Of a stretch of 64,000 nt of DNA, positions 37,202 through 48,006 are shown piece after piece. Both the position numbers and the translations under genes were made by a program. The notes under the pieces were generated by a model, which made no database searches, was not told the DNA's origin, and worked only from the letters and a program-made list of their open reading frames with translations. Position 1 is the stretch's first letter; the number at the start of each line of letters is the position of its first letter. This DNA is from Desulfatiglandales bacterium (GTDB taxonomy: Bacteria > Desulfobacterota > DSM-4660 > Desulfatiglandales > HGW-15): positions 2,592,001 to 2,656,000 of the forward strand of contig CAXXJJ010000001.1 in assembly GCA_963667015.2 (NCBI GenBank), read 5' to 3'.

Positions 37202-38200
37202 ATGGGGACCAAGTTACTCAATAAAAAAGATATATTCCTTATTATTTCCGGCATTATTATAGCGGTGTTATTGGTAATAGTTATTCTGCAGAATGTTCGC
37301 ATTAATGGCTTAAAAAAGGGATTAAGCGAAGCAATCTTAGCTGAAAAAAATCGTTTTGTGATGAGCTCCAAAACACCTGAAGTAAAGTACCTTAAAGGAA
37401 AAGAATCAGGCGTAAATGTCGGTAGCCTTTCTTCTGAAAAAAAAGGACTACAGGAAAATGATTATGACTATCCTGAGAAGATAAAAAGACTTGAATCCAG
37501 GATCAATGATATGCAGGAATGGCAGGATTTCCTGGAAGGAACTTTGAATAAACAAGACAGGAAAGCCCAAGAACGAGACAATATAATTTTCAATGCACGA
37601 AAGACATTTATTTCGTCACGCCTTGAACCGTTTGCCGAACATACCAACCTGTCATCTTCCATTTTAGAAAAACTAATCAACCTGCGCGTTGAAGAGCAGC
37701 AGGATATTGCTGATTTAAACACTGAAAATCTACTGCCACAGGATCGGATGAGGGAAATAGAAAAAATACGATCACACTATGATGAAAAAATATCACAGAT
37801 ATTATCAGAAGATGATTACGCTGCCTACAGGGAATATCAGAAAACTGAAAACGAGTGGGGAGTGATAAATCAGATTAAAAAAGATCCTGTGTTTAATGAT
37901 ATTAAGCTTGAAAAATATCAGGAGGAGCAACTGGTCGCTGCTATGTATGAAGATAGGCAGGCCATGATACCATTGCACAAGGAAAAAGTAACACAAAATG
38001 GTGGTTATGAGGAGCAGTCAGAAGAAGATAAACTGAAAAACAGTCTGGAATATCAAAAGCCCTTATATGAGAGGTATATTGAATCTGCTGAAAGTATATT
38101 GTCGGATGCCCAGCTACAGACATTTAAAAAATATTTTGATAACCAAATCTACATGCTTGAAAAAGCAATAGCCAGCAGGACCGAAAGAACAGATGAGTGA
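37202..38200 (+). CDS. Hypothetical membrane-anchored helical protein
   Basis: RBS GGAGG; single N-terminal TM followed by a charged helical region. Confidence 0.7.
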   Translation: MGTKLLNKKDIFLIISGIIIAVLLVIVILQNVRINGLKKGLSEAILAEKNRFVMSSKTPEVKYLKGKESGVNVGSLSSEKKGLQENDYDYPEKIKRLESRINDMQEWQDFLEGTLNKQDRKAQERDNIIFNARKTFISSRLEPFAEHTNLSSSILEKLINLRVEEQQDIADLNTENLLPQDRMREIEKIRSHYDEKISQILSEDDYAAYREYQKTENEWGVINQIKKDPVFNDIKLEKYQEEQLVAAMYEDRQAMIPLHKEKVTQNGGYEEQSEEDKLKNSLEYQKPLYERYIESAESILSDAQLQTFKKYFDNQIYMLEKAIASRTERTDE

Positions 38201-38438
38201 ATTAGGTGTTGAGGGAGGCTTTTTAGACTTCGCTATGATTGTCAAAGTTCGTAAATGATAATAATGAATTAAGCCGGAGATATCAAATGCAGAGACTTTT
38301 AAATACTATTTTGATTATGCGATAAAAATGCGCATAAAAGGGAAATGAGTAGAGGCAGCTTACCTGCAATTTCTTGACTGATCCAATATCAATGAATTCC
38401 GGTACAACCATGCCAAAACGCATGATATAGAACTCACT

Positions 38439-39872
38439 ATGGATGCTATTATATTAACTATAGACCAGATGCAGGGATTTGTTCCCAAGACAGTTATTGT
38501 TATGTTTTTTTCCATGACAATAACATTTTTCATTATTAAACACGGGTTTCTAGATTATCTTGGTAAAATAAGCAGGCCGATAACATACTTTTTAAAGCTC
38601 CCTGAACAGGCTGCGGTTACAACCATGCTGGCCTTCGGCTCTGCACTGAGCGCAAACATCATGCTCGCGGAGTTTCTCAGGGAAAGGATAATAAATGAGG
38701 ATGATGCATACCTGGGGGCACTTTTAAACGGGACCTCTGTAACAATAAAGGAGATATTCACCTATCAGATCCCGATAATTCTCCCGATACTGGGCCTTAA
38801 GGCAGGGATTATTTACCTGTGCTGCTTTATCTCATCAGCATTACTCAAGTATTTTTATATATACTTTTTTTATCGATTCGGAAAAAGGCATGAAGACATT
38901 CAGGACGACTACATAGAGAAGGAAGAAAAAAAGAACCATCCGGAAGTTAAGTTTAAGAGACAGATGATAACATTCATCAGGCTGATCTCTGTCTATATAC
39001 TGGTTACATTTATTATCCTGACTGCCATGAATGCCGGATTGACAGGGTATTTTGAAATGGCAGTAAAGCCCATAAACAAACTTCTCGGAATGCCTTTGAT
39101 TCTGGCTGTTCCTGTATCCATATTTATCTTCAGCCCTATAGCCGGCGTCTCTGCCATAGGATCTCTTGTAACAAATAATTCCATTACGGATATAGATGCC
39201 GCACTTGCTATTGTGGTTGGAAGCTTTATTATGATTCCCATCTATACATTACGGGGCAATCTTTCACGTACAACCTCGATATTCGGGAGAAAACTGGGTC
39301 TTAAAATTGTTACGACTTCCATGTCCCTTACAATGCTGTCGAGGTTCTTGTTCATTATTGGAATTCAGTTATACAAAGGAGTGAAAGAGATGAGACTTTT
39401 TATTGCCGTATGTATTGTTCTTTATGTTATGAGCACCACAGTAGTATGGTCACATGGTACACTGGGAAGTGTGGTTGAGTCAGAGACTTATCTTGTAACT
39501 GCAGAATATGATGATGGCGAGCCAATGAACTATGCAGAAATAAATATTACAGCACCGGGTCTGGATGTACCGTTTCAGACCGGCCGTACGGATCTGCTTG
39601 GTCATTTTTCATTTAAGCCCGACAGGCCGGGAAAATGGGCGATTGAAGTACTCGATGGTGAAGGGCATCGCCTTGCACTTGATTTGACAGTGGATGATGA
39701 TTTCAAAGTAAATGAGTATGATAACACTACAGGTGTTGTATACGGTGGTAATAAATTCGTAAAGGCAATTACCGGCATATCACTTATTTTCGGTATGGCA
39801 GGGGTATTATACGGATGGAAAGCAAGGCGTTTTATAAATCATGTGCAAGAAAAGGGCGTCAGAAAAATATAA
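38439..39872 (+). CDS. Gate (nucleoside-recognition) membrane protein fused in-frame to a NikL/CbiL-like small secreted protein
   Basis: Polytopic N-terminal part; internal AAAGGAG RBS + ATG 39390: MRLFIAV...VWS|HGT...YDDGEPM...FQTGRTD..G.FSFKPD.PGKW...DGEGH + C-terminal TM. Confidence 0.65.
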   Translation: MDAIILTIDQMQGFVPKTVIVMFFSMTITFFIIKHGFLDYLGKISRPITYFLKLPEQAAVTTMLAFGSALSANIMLAEFLRERIINEDDAYLGALLNGTSVTIKEIFTYQIPIILPILGLKAGIIYLCCFISSALLKYFYIYFFYRFGKRHEDIQDDYIEKEEKKNHPEVKFKRQMITFIRLISVYILVTFIILTAMNAGLTGYFEMAVKPINKLLGMPLILAVPVSIFIFSPIAGVSAIGSLVTNNSITDIDAALAIVVGSFIMIPIYTLRGNLSRTTSIFGRKLGLKIVTTSMSLTMLSRFLFIIGIQLYKGVKEMRLFIAVCIVLYVMSTTVVWSHGTLGSVVESETYLVTAEYDDGEPMNYAEINITAPGLDVPFQTGRTDLLGHFSFKPDRPGKWAIEVLDGEGHRLALDLTVDDDFKVNEYDNTTGVVYGGNKFVKAITGISLIFGMAGVLYGWKARRFINHVQEKGVRKI

Positions 39873-39944
39873 AGCGGTAAAATGAAATACCCCGCTGATC
39901 GTTTGGCCCGGGATATATTATACAGACAGCGGGGCGTTGGATAC

Positions 39945-40409
39945 TCAGGCGCTCATTAAAGAGCTTATCGGTATCTTTTTTTTAAAGATAGGTTTGTTTT
40001 TCTTAAGCAGTTTTGCCTTAATTTCCTCTTTCTTTTCCTTTCCATTAAGCTTGTATATTTTTTCGATAACATAGTACATATTAATGTCAAAGTCATTCAC
40101 GACAACCATGTCTAAGCCGGAAGAAATAGTGTAGCCTCTGCTGTAAATACCTATTGTCTGATCTAAAATCATTGAGTCCATGGGGTTGCGCAATATCAGG
40201 AGATAATATTCATTCAAGGTGGTTTCAATGATAATAGACTGTTTATCGACCTGTTCCCAGCTTGTTGTCTGAAATGTGGAGATTTGATTGACCGGTTCAA
40301 GATAAGCATCAAGGTTGTATTTTTCAGGAAGGATACTTGGTGTTGTGGCGCATGAAACCGCTAAAATTAAAAGAAAAAAAATGGATAAAAATTTTATTAT
40401 ACTTTTCAT
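39945..40409 (-). CDS. Lipoprotein (DUF6491-like)
   Basis: RBS GGAGG; MKSIIKF...LAVS|CATT; SWEQVDKQSIII...YYLLIL. Confidence 0.6.
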   Translation of the reverse strand: MKSIIKFLSIFFLLILAVSCATTPSILPEKYNLDAYLEPVNQISTFQTTSWEQVDKQSIIIETTLNEYYLLILRNPMDSMILDQTIGIYSRGYTISSGLDMVVVNDFDINMYYVIEKIYKLNGKEKKEEIKAKLLKKNKPIFKKKIPISSLMSA

Positions 40410-41015
40410 TTTTCCACCTCCTTTTGGTTTATATCCAAAAACTGGTGTTATTATATGAAAGCGGGCAGTCTTTAGCTTACAGCATTCAGCAAAATATATT
40501 AAATGCAAAAATAAGGCTGACCGCTGATAGCTCCACCCAAAAATTAAGTTTTATTTGGGTGGATGGTGGTAAATATACCATTATCCGGGACATAAGTGCA
40601 AATCTGTTTTATTTTTACTCGTTTTAACCCTGAAAACTTTCCATTTAAAGAGGGTGATATATTTTAAGGTTGCCCTTCTTTAGGTCCTTATTGTCTCGAA
40701 ATGTACTCTCTTTATCGGAGATCCCATGATTTTTCTATTAGTTATGATTTTTGCACAAAATCATGTGCACACGTGCACACAAAAATGTGCCATTCATCCG
40801 ATTTTCAGGTTCTTATTTTTTTAATCACCTTGACTGCCTAATTAATTTCCCAAAACATCACTTCATAATTGTCATGATACCAGAGGTTTAACTCATTAAT
40901 ACCTTGTCATAGTTTCTTCCTGATATCTCTTTTGCCATTATGGCACAGATATTGTAAATACAAGGCCTTCAGACAACTAAACTTGCCTTTGTGAATTCAA
41001 CTTTTTATAAAGAAA

Positions 41016-42794
41016 ATGACCATGGAAATGATTGAAATTGAAAAGATTGATCCTTCTCCTTTCCAGCACCGCAGGCATGTGAATGCTGATAAACTCAGAG
41101 AGCTTGCCCTGAGTATAACGCGGGACGGGCTTATTGAGCCGGTAGTCTTAAGGCGTTGTAACGGTCGCTTTCAGCTCATATGCGGTGAAAGGAGATTAAG
41201 GGCTGTCAGGGAGTATACTGACAAACGAACCATACTCTCCAGGGTAATTGAAGCAAACGATCTTGAGGCAAGGCGTATGTGCGCTGCTGAAAACCTTCAG
41301 CGTGAAAATCTGTCTGTCATAGAGACTATTGAGGTTATAGTCGATCTGATTGATGCTGAACTGGGCGATGATGATGAATATAAGCTTATGGGGGATAAAT
41401 CACTTGATAGAGTTAAAAAGCTTTTGGGAAAAATGGATACCTTAAGGCGTAATGAGGAAAGGAATTATACAAGCGGAGATATTACAAAACACACGTCCCA
41501 TAAATTTATGGGACGAGTCGAAAATATCTTTAAAAATCTGCCTAAATCATTGAAATGGCGATCATTTTACGGAAATGACCTCCAGATTTTGATGGACACC
41601 TCAGAAGAGGTTCTGATGGCCGCAATAGATCACAATCTGAACCGGTCACAGGTGAAAGCCCTGGAAGGACTTAAACGAGTATCTCCTGTTGAATTCCAAA
41701 GGGTTACCGGGAAAGGGCAGGGTAATTGCGGCAATGTACTATGCGAATTAAGCGCAAATGAGATAAAAGAGATTACTGAAAAGGCAGTAAAAAAGTCGCA
41801 GCTTGAACAGCCCGATGATATTGCCCCGGATGTAATGGCAAAGGATATAGCAGTATTCAGAATGAATAGTCTTGGTTTTTCCAGTAAAAAGATTACCTCA
41901 CTCCTGAGCGTAAATCGCAAAACAGTAATGTCATACATCCAAAAGAGGAAGACAGCCAACCGTGTGAAAAAGGCGATCAAAACAGGTAAAACTGTAAACC
42001 AGGCAGCAATGGAAAATAACTGCCCTCCTGCAGTTGCCTGGTCAATAGCGCTTGAACACAGGGACGACATGGAGCGGTTCAGTCTCCTAGGATGGGGTCT
42101 AAGGACATGGGATTACTGGTTTTATAATGATGTGGATAAACGTTTTGGTGATGACTGGCCAGGTCGTATTCCTGCCCAGATGATAGCTCATATGCTCTAC
42201 TATTTTACTGAGCAGGGTGAACTGGTAATGGACCCCATGGCAGGCGGAGGGGTTGTGCCTGATACATGCCTTGTATTGAACCGCCGTTGTGTGAGTTTTG
42301 ACATGGATGCTCACCCCGATGCCAGGCCCGAGATACAAAAGTGGTTCTGGGATACTGATAATATGAAATGGCCCCTGGACAGGAAAACAAAACCCGATTT
42401 AATCCTGTTTGATCCTCCCTATTTCAGCAAAAAAAAAGATGGATATCACAAAGACAGTATAGCTGGCCTTGAAAAACAAGAGTACCTCCGGTTTTTTGAG
42501 GGGTTTTTTAGCCTTGCCAGTGAACACAGCAAAAAAGAAACTATATTGGCTATTATCAATGCCGACTGGAGAGATTTTCAGGGGAGACCGGCAAGAGAGG
42601 AGACATGGGAAAATTCCATTCTGATAGATGATTATCTGAATGCCCTTGGAAAAGGAGGTTGGAAGATGACGCATATGATACAGGCACCCATGTCATCGGA
42701 ACGTTTCAATGCAGGTGTAGTATCCGCAATGCAGAAAAAGAAAATACTTGGGGTTACAAGTCGATACGTTATTGTGGCGAAAAAGCAAGCCTGA
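41016..42794 (+). CDS. ParB-N domain fused to an amino-DNA methyltransferase domain
   Basis: IDPSPFQHR...ELALSI...GLIEPVVLR...LICGERRLRA...ENLQRENL; GRIP, VMDPMAGGG (SAM binding), FDPPY (catalytic). Confidence 0.85.
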   Translation: MTMEMIEIEKIDPSPFQHRRHVNADKLRELALSITRDGLIEPVVLRRCNGRFQLICGERRLRAVREYTDKRTILSRVIEANDLEARRMCAAENLQRENLSVIETIEVIVDLIDAELGDDDEYKLMGDKSLDRVKKLLGKMDTLRRNEERNYTSGDITKHTSHKFMGRVENIFKNLPKSLKWRSFYGNDLQILMDTSEEVLMAAIDHNLNRSQVKALEGLKRVSPVEFQRVTGKGQGNCGNVLCELSANEIKEITEKAVKKSQLEQPDDIAPDVMAKDIAVFRMNSLGFSSKKITSLLSVNRKTVMSYIQKRKTANRVKKAIKTGKTVNQAAMENNCPPAVAWSIALEHRDDMERFSLLGWGLRTWDYWFYNDVDKRFGDDWPGRIPAQMIAHMLYYFTEQGELVMDPMAGGGVVPDTCLVLNRRCVSFDMDAHPDARPEIQKWFWDTDNMKWPLDRKTKPDLILFDPPYFSKKKDGYHKDSIAGLEKQEYLRFFEGFFSLASEHSKKETILAIINADWRDFQGRPAREETWENSILIDDYLNALGKGGWKMTHMIQAPMSSERFNAGVVSAMQKKKILGVTSRYVIVAKKQA

Positions 42795-42968
42795 AATTTG
42801 TTAGGAATTCACACAAACCATACTATATAGCTTTAAGGAAAAAAGGTGCAGGATGGAGGCGCAAACCTTGACATTTCTCCTTAATGCATTGTCTAAAAAC
42901 ATATATGATTGGATATGAGAGGTTATGTCAATCAGTAATGTCCAAGGTTAAGGGCTGGCCACTTTCGT

Positions 42969-43847
42969 CTACTCTGATTTAGGGGGAAACAGCACTCTTA
43001 AACCTTTGCTGAAGGCATAGGGGGTAACTGCATAATGAGATTCTCCCTCAAAAACAATGCTAGTAATGTTCAGGCCTTTGTATTTTCGCAGTTCAAGAAC
43101 AGCAGCCAGTTCCCGCAGTTGATGGACCATCATGTCATCTGGAAGATTTTCCAGGCTTCCTACTGAAAGAAAAATATTGGATGGTAACTCTTTGTTATTT
43201 TGGGCATACTCCGATTCCATCTTAAATATAACTCTATCATCCCATGGCAAACACGGGCTTGAAATAAGGTAGCTGGTAAACAGTTGCGGCTCACTGAAAA
43301 GGGTATACAGTGCGAACAATCCTCCAAATGAATGCCCCACAAGGGTTTTTTCATTTGTTTTTGTATTGTATTTTGTATCTATAAAAGGAATTATTTCATC
43401 TTTTATACACCTGAGAAACTCTGAGCCTCCACCTGTCCATGATTCAACTATACCAAAGTTTTCATAGATATCTGATCTTGTAGGTGTCAGGATGTAGGAA
43501 CGTTCCTTGAACCACTCTTCTGTAGTGTTGACCTCCATCTCAATACCCACTGTAATTAGCTCAGGAATTTCATGTCCGACTGCCAGCCATTTGGCAGTTT
43601 CTCTCAGGGTGCCGCCATATCCAAATGCATCCAGATAATATATAACGCCATATTTTTCCCCTTCAGTACTATATTTTTCAGGTACTCCAACCTGAAGTCT
43701 TATGTTTCTATTTAGAATTTTAGATTTTACAGTAAGGTTTTGAGTTGGAACGATAGTCCAGTTTTCTCTATTTTTCTTTGCTTCAGCTGATACCACAGCG
43801 GGTATAAGGAACAAAATACATAACGCTATACAACTGATATATCTCAT
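42969..43847 (-). CDS. Secreted alpha/beta hydrolase (IroE/BesA-like esterase)
   Basis: Signal peptide; YYLDA, GHSFGG, ISSP, GESH. Confidence 0.85.
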   Translation of the reverse strand: MRYISCIALCILFLIPAVVSAEAKKNRENWTIVPTQNLTVKSKILNRNIRLQVGVPEKYSTEGEKYGVIYYLDAFGYGGTLRETAKWLAVGHEIPELITVGIEMEVNTTEEWFKERSYILTPTRSDIYENFGIVESWTGGGSEFLRCIKDEIIPFIDTKYNTKTNEKTLVGHSFGGLFALYTLFSEPQLFTSYLISSPCLPWDDRVIFKMESEYAQNNKELPSNIFLSVGSLENLPDDMMVHQLRELAAVLELRKYKGLNITSIVFEGESHYAVTPYAFSKGLRVLFPPKSE

Positions 43848-44431
43848 TGCTGCCTCCGTTTATTATTAACAGTTAATGATGCCTGCTTTTGAAGGGTGGG
43901 GTTGTGTCCCGGTTAAAAAAAACAAATCTTCCCTATGGGATTTAACAGTTTAAATCACGAATTTTGAAAGTCTTCAATAAAAATAAGAAAAGCAACGGGG
44001 TGCGTCTCGACATGGGACATGTAAAGAGGGAAATTTTACAGGGTGAGTAGAGAGAGGTTTTAAACCTGTCTCCTGATCATGGTTATTTGATTCCCTTGAC
44101 AAAATGTACGGGTTTTTAGCCTTTTTTATAGCCTATATTTTTGGTGTTTTTTCGACACAGTCAATGATTTACTCACCAGAAAACAGGACAATACTGAATT
44201 TCAATTTACCAGGACCGTCTCGCACTTGTTTTCGGGTGGGGTGACTTGTTGAACAGTGGTGTAAAACTTTAACACTGAATCTCTTAAGTTGTTAAAACCA
44301 TAAATTTTCAGATACTCTGTAATTTTTTGGGTTAGCGTCATGAGCAGTTCCCTGTCTTAGTCGGTAGAAAGGGACCTAAAAAATTAAAATTTCAGTCGTT
44401 CCAGTTTATGAGAGCGAGAGCGTTTTTTTAC

Positions 44432-44466
44432 TATTCTGTTCCGCTTTCAACTAGCGGAACAGAATA
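44432..44466 (-). terminator. Terminator-like hairpin
   Basis: TATTCTGTTCCGCT-ttcaact-AGCGGAACAGAATA, 14-bp stem after the corrinoid protein gene. Confidence 0.6.
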
Positions 44467-44484
44467 ATTGAGAATAAATAAGGT

Positions 44485-45117
44485 CTACAAAATAATACTT
44501 TTTGCCAGTTCGGCAGCAGATGCTGCATCTTCCGCATAACCGTCAGCACCGATTTCATCAGCATAGCTCTGTGTAATAGGTGCGCCGCCAACAAGAATTT
44601 TAACCTTGTCTTTCATGCCTGCATCGATCAAACCTTTTACTGTGTCTGAAAGAGCCGGCATTGTGGTTGTAAGAAGACAGGACAGCGCAACAATTTTACA
44701 ATCCGGAGTAGAGTTTATTGCCTCTATGAACTTGTCTGTAGAAACGTCAACACCCAGGTCAACGAGTGTAAAACCGGCAGATTCGATCATCAGAGACACG
44801 AGGTTTTTACCTATGTCATGAAGGTCACCGGCTACTGTACCGATTATACATGTTCCCAGAGATGTAGATGTATCGCCAACCATAAGAGGCTGAATAACTG
44901 CAACTCCCTTTTTCATTGTATGGGCAGCCATAAGCATTTCAGGAACAAATATTTCTGATCTTTTGAATTTGTCACCAACGATAGCCATTGCTTCAATCAT
45001 GGCGTCGAGGATTGTGACTGGGCTGCAGCCTTCATCCAGTGCGCCCTGAACAGCTTCTGCTACAAGTTTTTGTTTTCCTTTTTCGGTTAATTCTTTTACT
45101 TCATCTAATTTTGACAT
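44485..45117 (-). CDS. Corrinoid (B12-binding) methyltransferase protein
   Basis: Cap IFVPEMLMAA; GDLHDIGKNLV (DxHxxG), DLGVDV, SCLLTTT, VGGAP. Confidence 0.95.
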   Translation of the reverse strand: MSKLDEVKELTEKGKQKLVAEAVQGALDEGCSPVTILDAMIEAMAIVGDKFKRSEIFVPEMLMAAHTMKKGVAVIQPLMVGDTSTSLGTCIIGTVAGDLHDIGKNLVSLMIESAGFTLVDLGVDVSTDKFIEAINSTPDCKIVALSCLLTTTMPALSDTVKGLIDAGMKDKVKILVGGAPITQSYADEIGADGYAEDAASAAELAKSIIL

Positions 45118-45274
45118 GTAATGCCTCTTTTTAAATTAAAATAAACGGTGCCAGGTCCAGGTTAAACAAATACAAGAAAGGTTTAACAGGATTCACCCTG
45201 TTAAATAGGGTTTCCTCTGGGAAATTTAACAAAGTAAATCTTCACCTTTGACACCGTTTTGTATACAAATGAGC

Positions 45275-46084
45275 CTATTTTTTCTGGACACCAAATAACT
45301 CTTCTCTGTAGGCGCCAATATATTCCATACACATCATATCCTGTCCCAGCAGTGCCTCTGTAGCATAAATTAAGCCTCTCATATCCCTGTTCAACGGATC
45401 AAGAATTACGCTGTCCATACCGGCGGTCATAGCCATAACAACAAATGCCTGGTTCACCATTTTGCGGGCAGGCAGGTTAAATGAAACATTGCTTGCTGCA
45501 CCTGTAACATGAATAGTCGGGTAACGTTTTTTGATTTCTCTAATTACATCCATAAGCATATTTACACCATCTTCTGATGTACAAAGCATTTCCACAAGAG
45601 GGTCAATATGCAGACGGGAGGGATCAATATTGTATTCCTTTGCCTTTGTCATGATATCTTCGAAGATCTTAAGCCGTATTTCGCCGGTCTTTGGAATTCC
45701 ATTTTCGTCGTCACACAGCAGGGCAGCGACCTCCCATTTACTGTCTGCAATAACAGGAAAGACATCTTCCATCTTGGTTCCTTCTCCTGATACTGAATTT
45801 ATCAGGCCCGGTTTTTTACAAAGTTTTGATATGTCGGCACAAAGCTTTGCGTTAGGACTGTCCACAGCTATAGGCGTGTCAGTAACCTCCTGAACCTGCT
45901 CCACCATCCACTTCAGGGTTTCATATTCTATTTCCGGCCCAACTGATGCACACACATCTATAAAATTTGAACCTACATCTGATTGTACTTTTGCCAGATT
46001 TTTAATAAACTCTGCATCCCTGGCTTCTATGGCCTTGGCCACAGAAGGAATGGATCCATTTATTTTTTCCGCAATAATTATCAT
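45275..46084 (-). CDS. Methyltetrahydrofolate:corrinoid methyltransferase (AcsE-like pterin-binding module)
   Basis: MIIIAEKINGS, VDSP, INSVS, IDPLV, SNVSFNLPAR, GMDSVILDP. Confidence 0.9.
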   Translation of the reverse strand: MIIIAEKINGSIPSVAKAIEARDAEFIKNLAKVQSDVGSNFIDVCASVGPEIEYETLKWMVEQVQEVTDTPIAVDSPNAKLCADISKLCKKPGLINSVSGEGTKMEDVFPVIADSKWEVAALLCDDENGIPKTGEIRLKIFEDIMTKAKEYNIDPSRLHIDPLVEMLCTSEDGVNMLMDVIREIKKRYPTIHVTGAASNVSFNLPARKMVNQAFVVMAMTAGMDSVILDPLNRDMRGLIYATEALLGQDMMCMEYIGAYREELFGVQKK

Positions 46085-46192
46085 TGTTATTTCTCCGTTT
46101 TCTATAAGGTTAATAAATATTAAAACATAGTAAATAAAACATAAGGACGAGGGGGTTTAACTCATTAACTTCATTAGCTATTATTGCCAATA

Positions 46193-46247
46193 CGACGCGG
46201 AGCGTCCAATATAATAGATGTTCCCACTGGGACAGTGGGAACGAGGA
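46193..46247. repeat. REP-like palindrome
   Basis: Minus strand CTCGTTCCCACTG-tcc-CAGTGGGAAC...GGACGCTCCGCGTC. Confidence 0.55.
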
Positions 46248-46251
46248 AAAT

Positions 46252-47268
46252 CTAAAGTAATTGACATTTGCCTGTATAGGCCTCCCATAATGCCTGATAA
46301 AGTGTACATGTCAGGCTGTTTCTGCCATTGCCGTTGTAGTGCAACCTGCTGGGGCATTCGCCCGGGCATCGGTCCTTTACAATACAGGTTTCACATTTAT
46401 CTGATTGGAGTTTGTATTCTCCAAGTGCTACTGTCTTAGAAAATTTTGTTTCATTAATGTTTCCCGAATAAAAGTCTCTATCTTCCATGGTCTGGCCGCA
46501 TGGGTAGGCGCTTCCGTCTGGAAGTACATATATGCTCTCACTATTACAGGCATGGCAGAATGAATTATTTATCCTTTTCTGCACGGAAGATTTTTTAAGA
46601 AGTTCCAGTTCCCTATTAAGAATGGGATTTCTTCGCAACTTGTTGAAATATTGCAGGGAGTTCATCATGGAGATGATATTTTCTCTTAACGATTTAGCAT
46701 GTGCCGGTTCGATACTTTCTCCATTTCCCTTATTTACAAGCAGATCAAAACCAATACCGCGCACCATGTTATAGCCTGCGAGCAATGTTACGAGACTTGT
46801 AAGATGCTCTATATTTACCATTGATAATACTGTGGTAATCCGGAATGGAATGTTCAGGCTTTCCAAAAATTGCAGACCTTTGTATGTATCTGCTGCCCTG
46901 CCGCGAAGCTTTTCCTGAACAAAAGGAGGTCCGTCAAGACTGACTCCGACCTGAACATTATGCTTTTTTAAAAACATCAGTATGTCCAGATCCAGTAGTG
47001 TACCGTTGGTCTGGAGACCTATGGTATATGGTCTGTTTAAATTCCTGGCATATGACACCGTGTGTTTTACAAGGTCAGGGACAAGAGCAGGCTCTCCCCC
47101 TGTAATCTGTATATGGCATGGCCCTTCGCCTTCACTTGCCAGATCAAGTGCCTTTTCTATTGTTTCGGCTGGCATGTCACACGGTTTTTTAATATTGCCG
47201 TTATAACAATAGGCACAACTCAGGTTGCATCGTGTTGTAAGGGAAATAATGAGATACCGGATGTCCAT
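46252..47268 (-). CDS. Radical SAM protein with SPASM domain
   Basis: CNLSCAYC, TGGEP, QTNGTLL, SLDGP; C..PDG..YPC; CETC....CPGECP. Confidence 0.9.
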   Translation of the reverse strand: MDIRYLIISLTTRCNLSCAYCYNGNIKKPCDMPAETIEKALDLASEGEGPCHIQITGGEPALVPDLVKHTVSYARNLNRPYTIGLQTNGTLLDLDILMFLKKHNVQVGVSLDGPPFVQEKLRGRAADTYKGLQFLESLNIPFRITTVLSMVNIEHLTSLVTLLAGYNMVRGIGFDLLVNKGNGESIEPAHAKSLRENIISMMNSLQYFNKLRRNPILNRELELLKKSSVQKRINNSFCHACNSESIYVLPDGSAYPCGQTMEDRDFYSGNINETKFSKTVALGEYKLQSDKCETCIVKDRCPGECPSRLHYNGNGRNSLTCTLYQALWEAYTGKCQLL

Positions 47269-47271
47269 TAA

Positions 47272-48006
47272 TCAGTCCCTTGCCTGGTTTACCGAAAGCA
47301 GTGCGAAGGAAAAAAAAGCGATACCTATAACCGGCAGAACAATATATGACAAAAGGTCAGGTATTTTTCCCAGTGCAACGGAACGCATGGCATTGGAGGC
47401 ATGGGTCAGGGGCAGAAAATAAAGTATATGCTGAATCCATTCGGGCATCTTTTCAAGTGGAAAGAATGTCCCTCCCAGAAAAGCCATGGGTGTTATAATA
47501 AAATTGGTTAAAAGGGATTGATCAGCGTGTGATTTTACCAGCATTGCGCAGGCCACAGCAAGGGATGAAAAGACAAAGCTGTTCATGATCATGGCGAGCC
47601 AGAAAAGGGGACCGTAGTGAAGAAAAATACCAAAAGGTATACCCAGTATAATAATGACAAGAACACCTAAAAAGGCACGGGTCATACCTGCAAGCACTTC
47701 GCCTGCCACGTAGCTGAAATTGCTTATCGGAGCAGCCTGGAATTCCTCAAATATATACCAGTAGAAACGTGCCACATTTATATCGGTCGCTATTCCGAAC
47801 CCCTGGGTCATGCTGGCCATTGCGGCAAGACCGGGTATAAGGAATTCCAGATAGGTATATCCGTTGTAGTTTATTTCTCCCCCCATGGCATAACCAAATG
47901 CTATCATATAGAGCAGGGGCGATACAGCCATGCTTGATAACTGACGTTTCAGTCTGCTATTTAAAATCAATATTTCACGCAGGTATACTGCAATGATACC
48001 GTTCAT
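47272..48006 (-). CDS. ABC-2 type permease
   Basis: YLEFLIPG, PMAFLGGTFFP...P.W.....LPLTH. Confidence 0.9.
   Translation of the reverse strand: MNGIIAVYLREILILNSRLKRQLSSMAVSPLLYMIAFGYAMGGEINYNGYTYLEFLIPGLAAMASMTQGFGIATDINVARFYWYIFEEFQAAPISNFSYVAGEVLAGMTRAFLGVLVIIILGIPFGIFLHYGPLFWLAMIMNSFVFSSLAVACAMLVKSHADQSLLTNFIITPMAFLGGTFFPLEKMPEWIQHILYFLPLTHASNAMRSVALGKIPDLLSYIVLPVIGIAFFSFALLSVNQARD

Noticed and set aside
42930..44025. Esterase as a mobile cassette bounded by inverted ends
   Set aside because: Similarity between the flanks (ATGTCC... / ...GGACAT) is too weak to support
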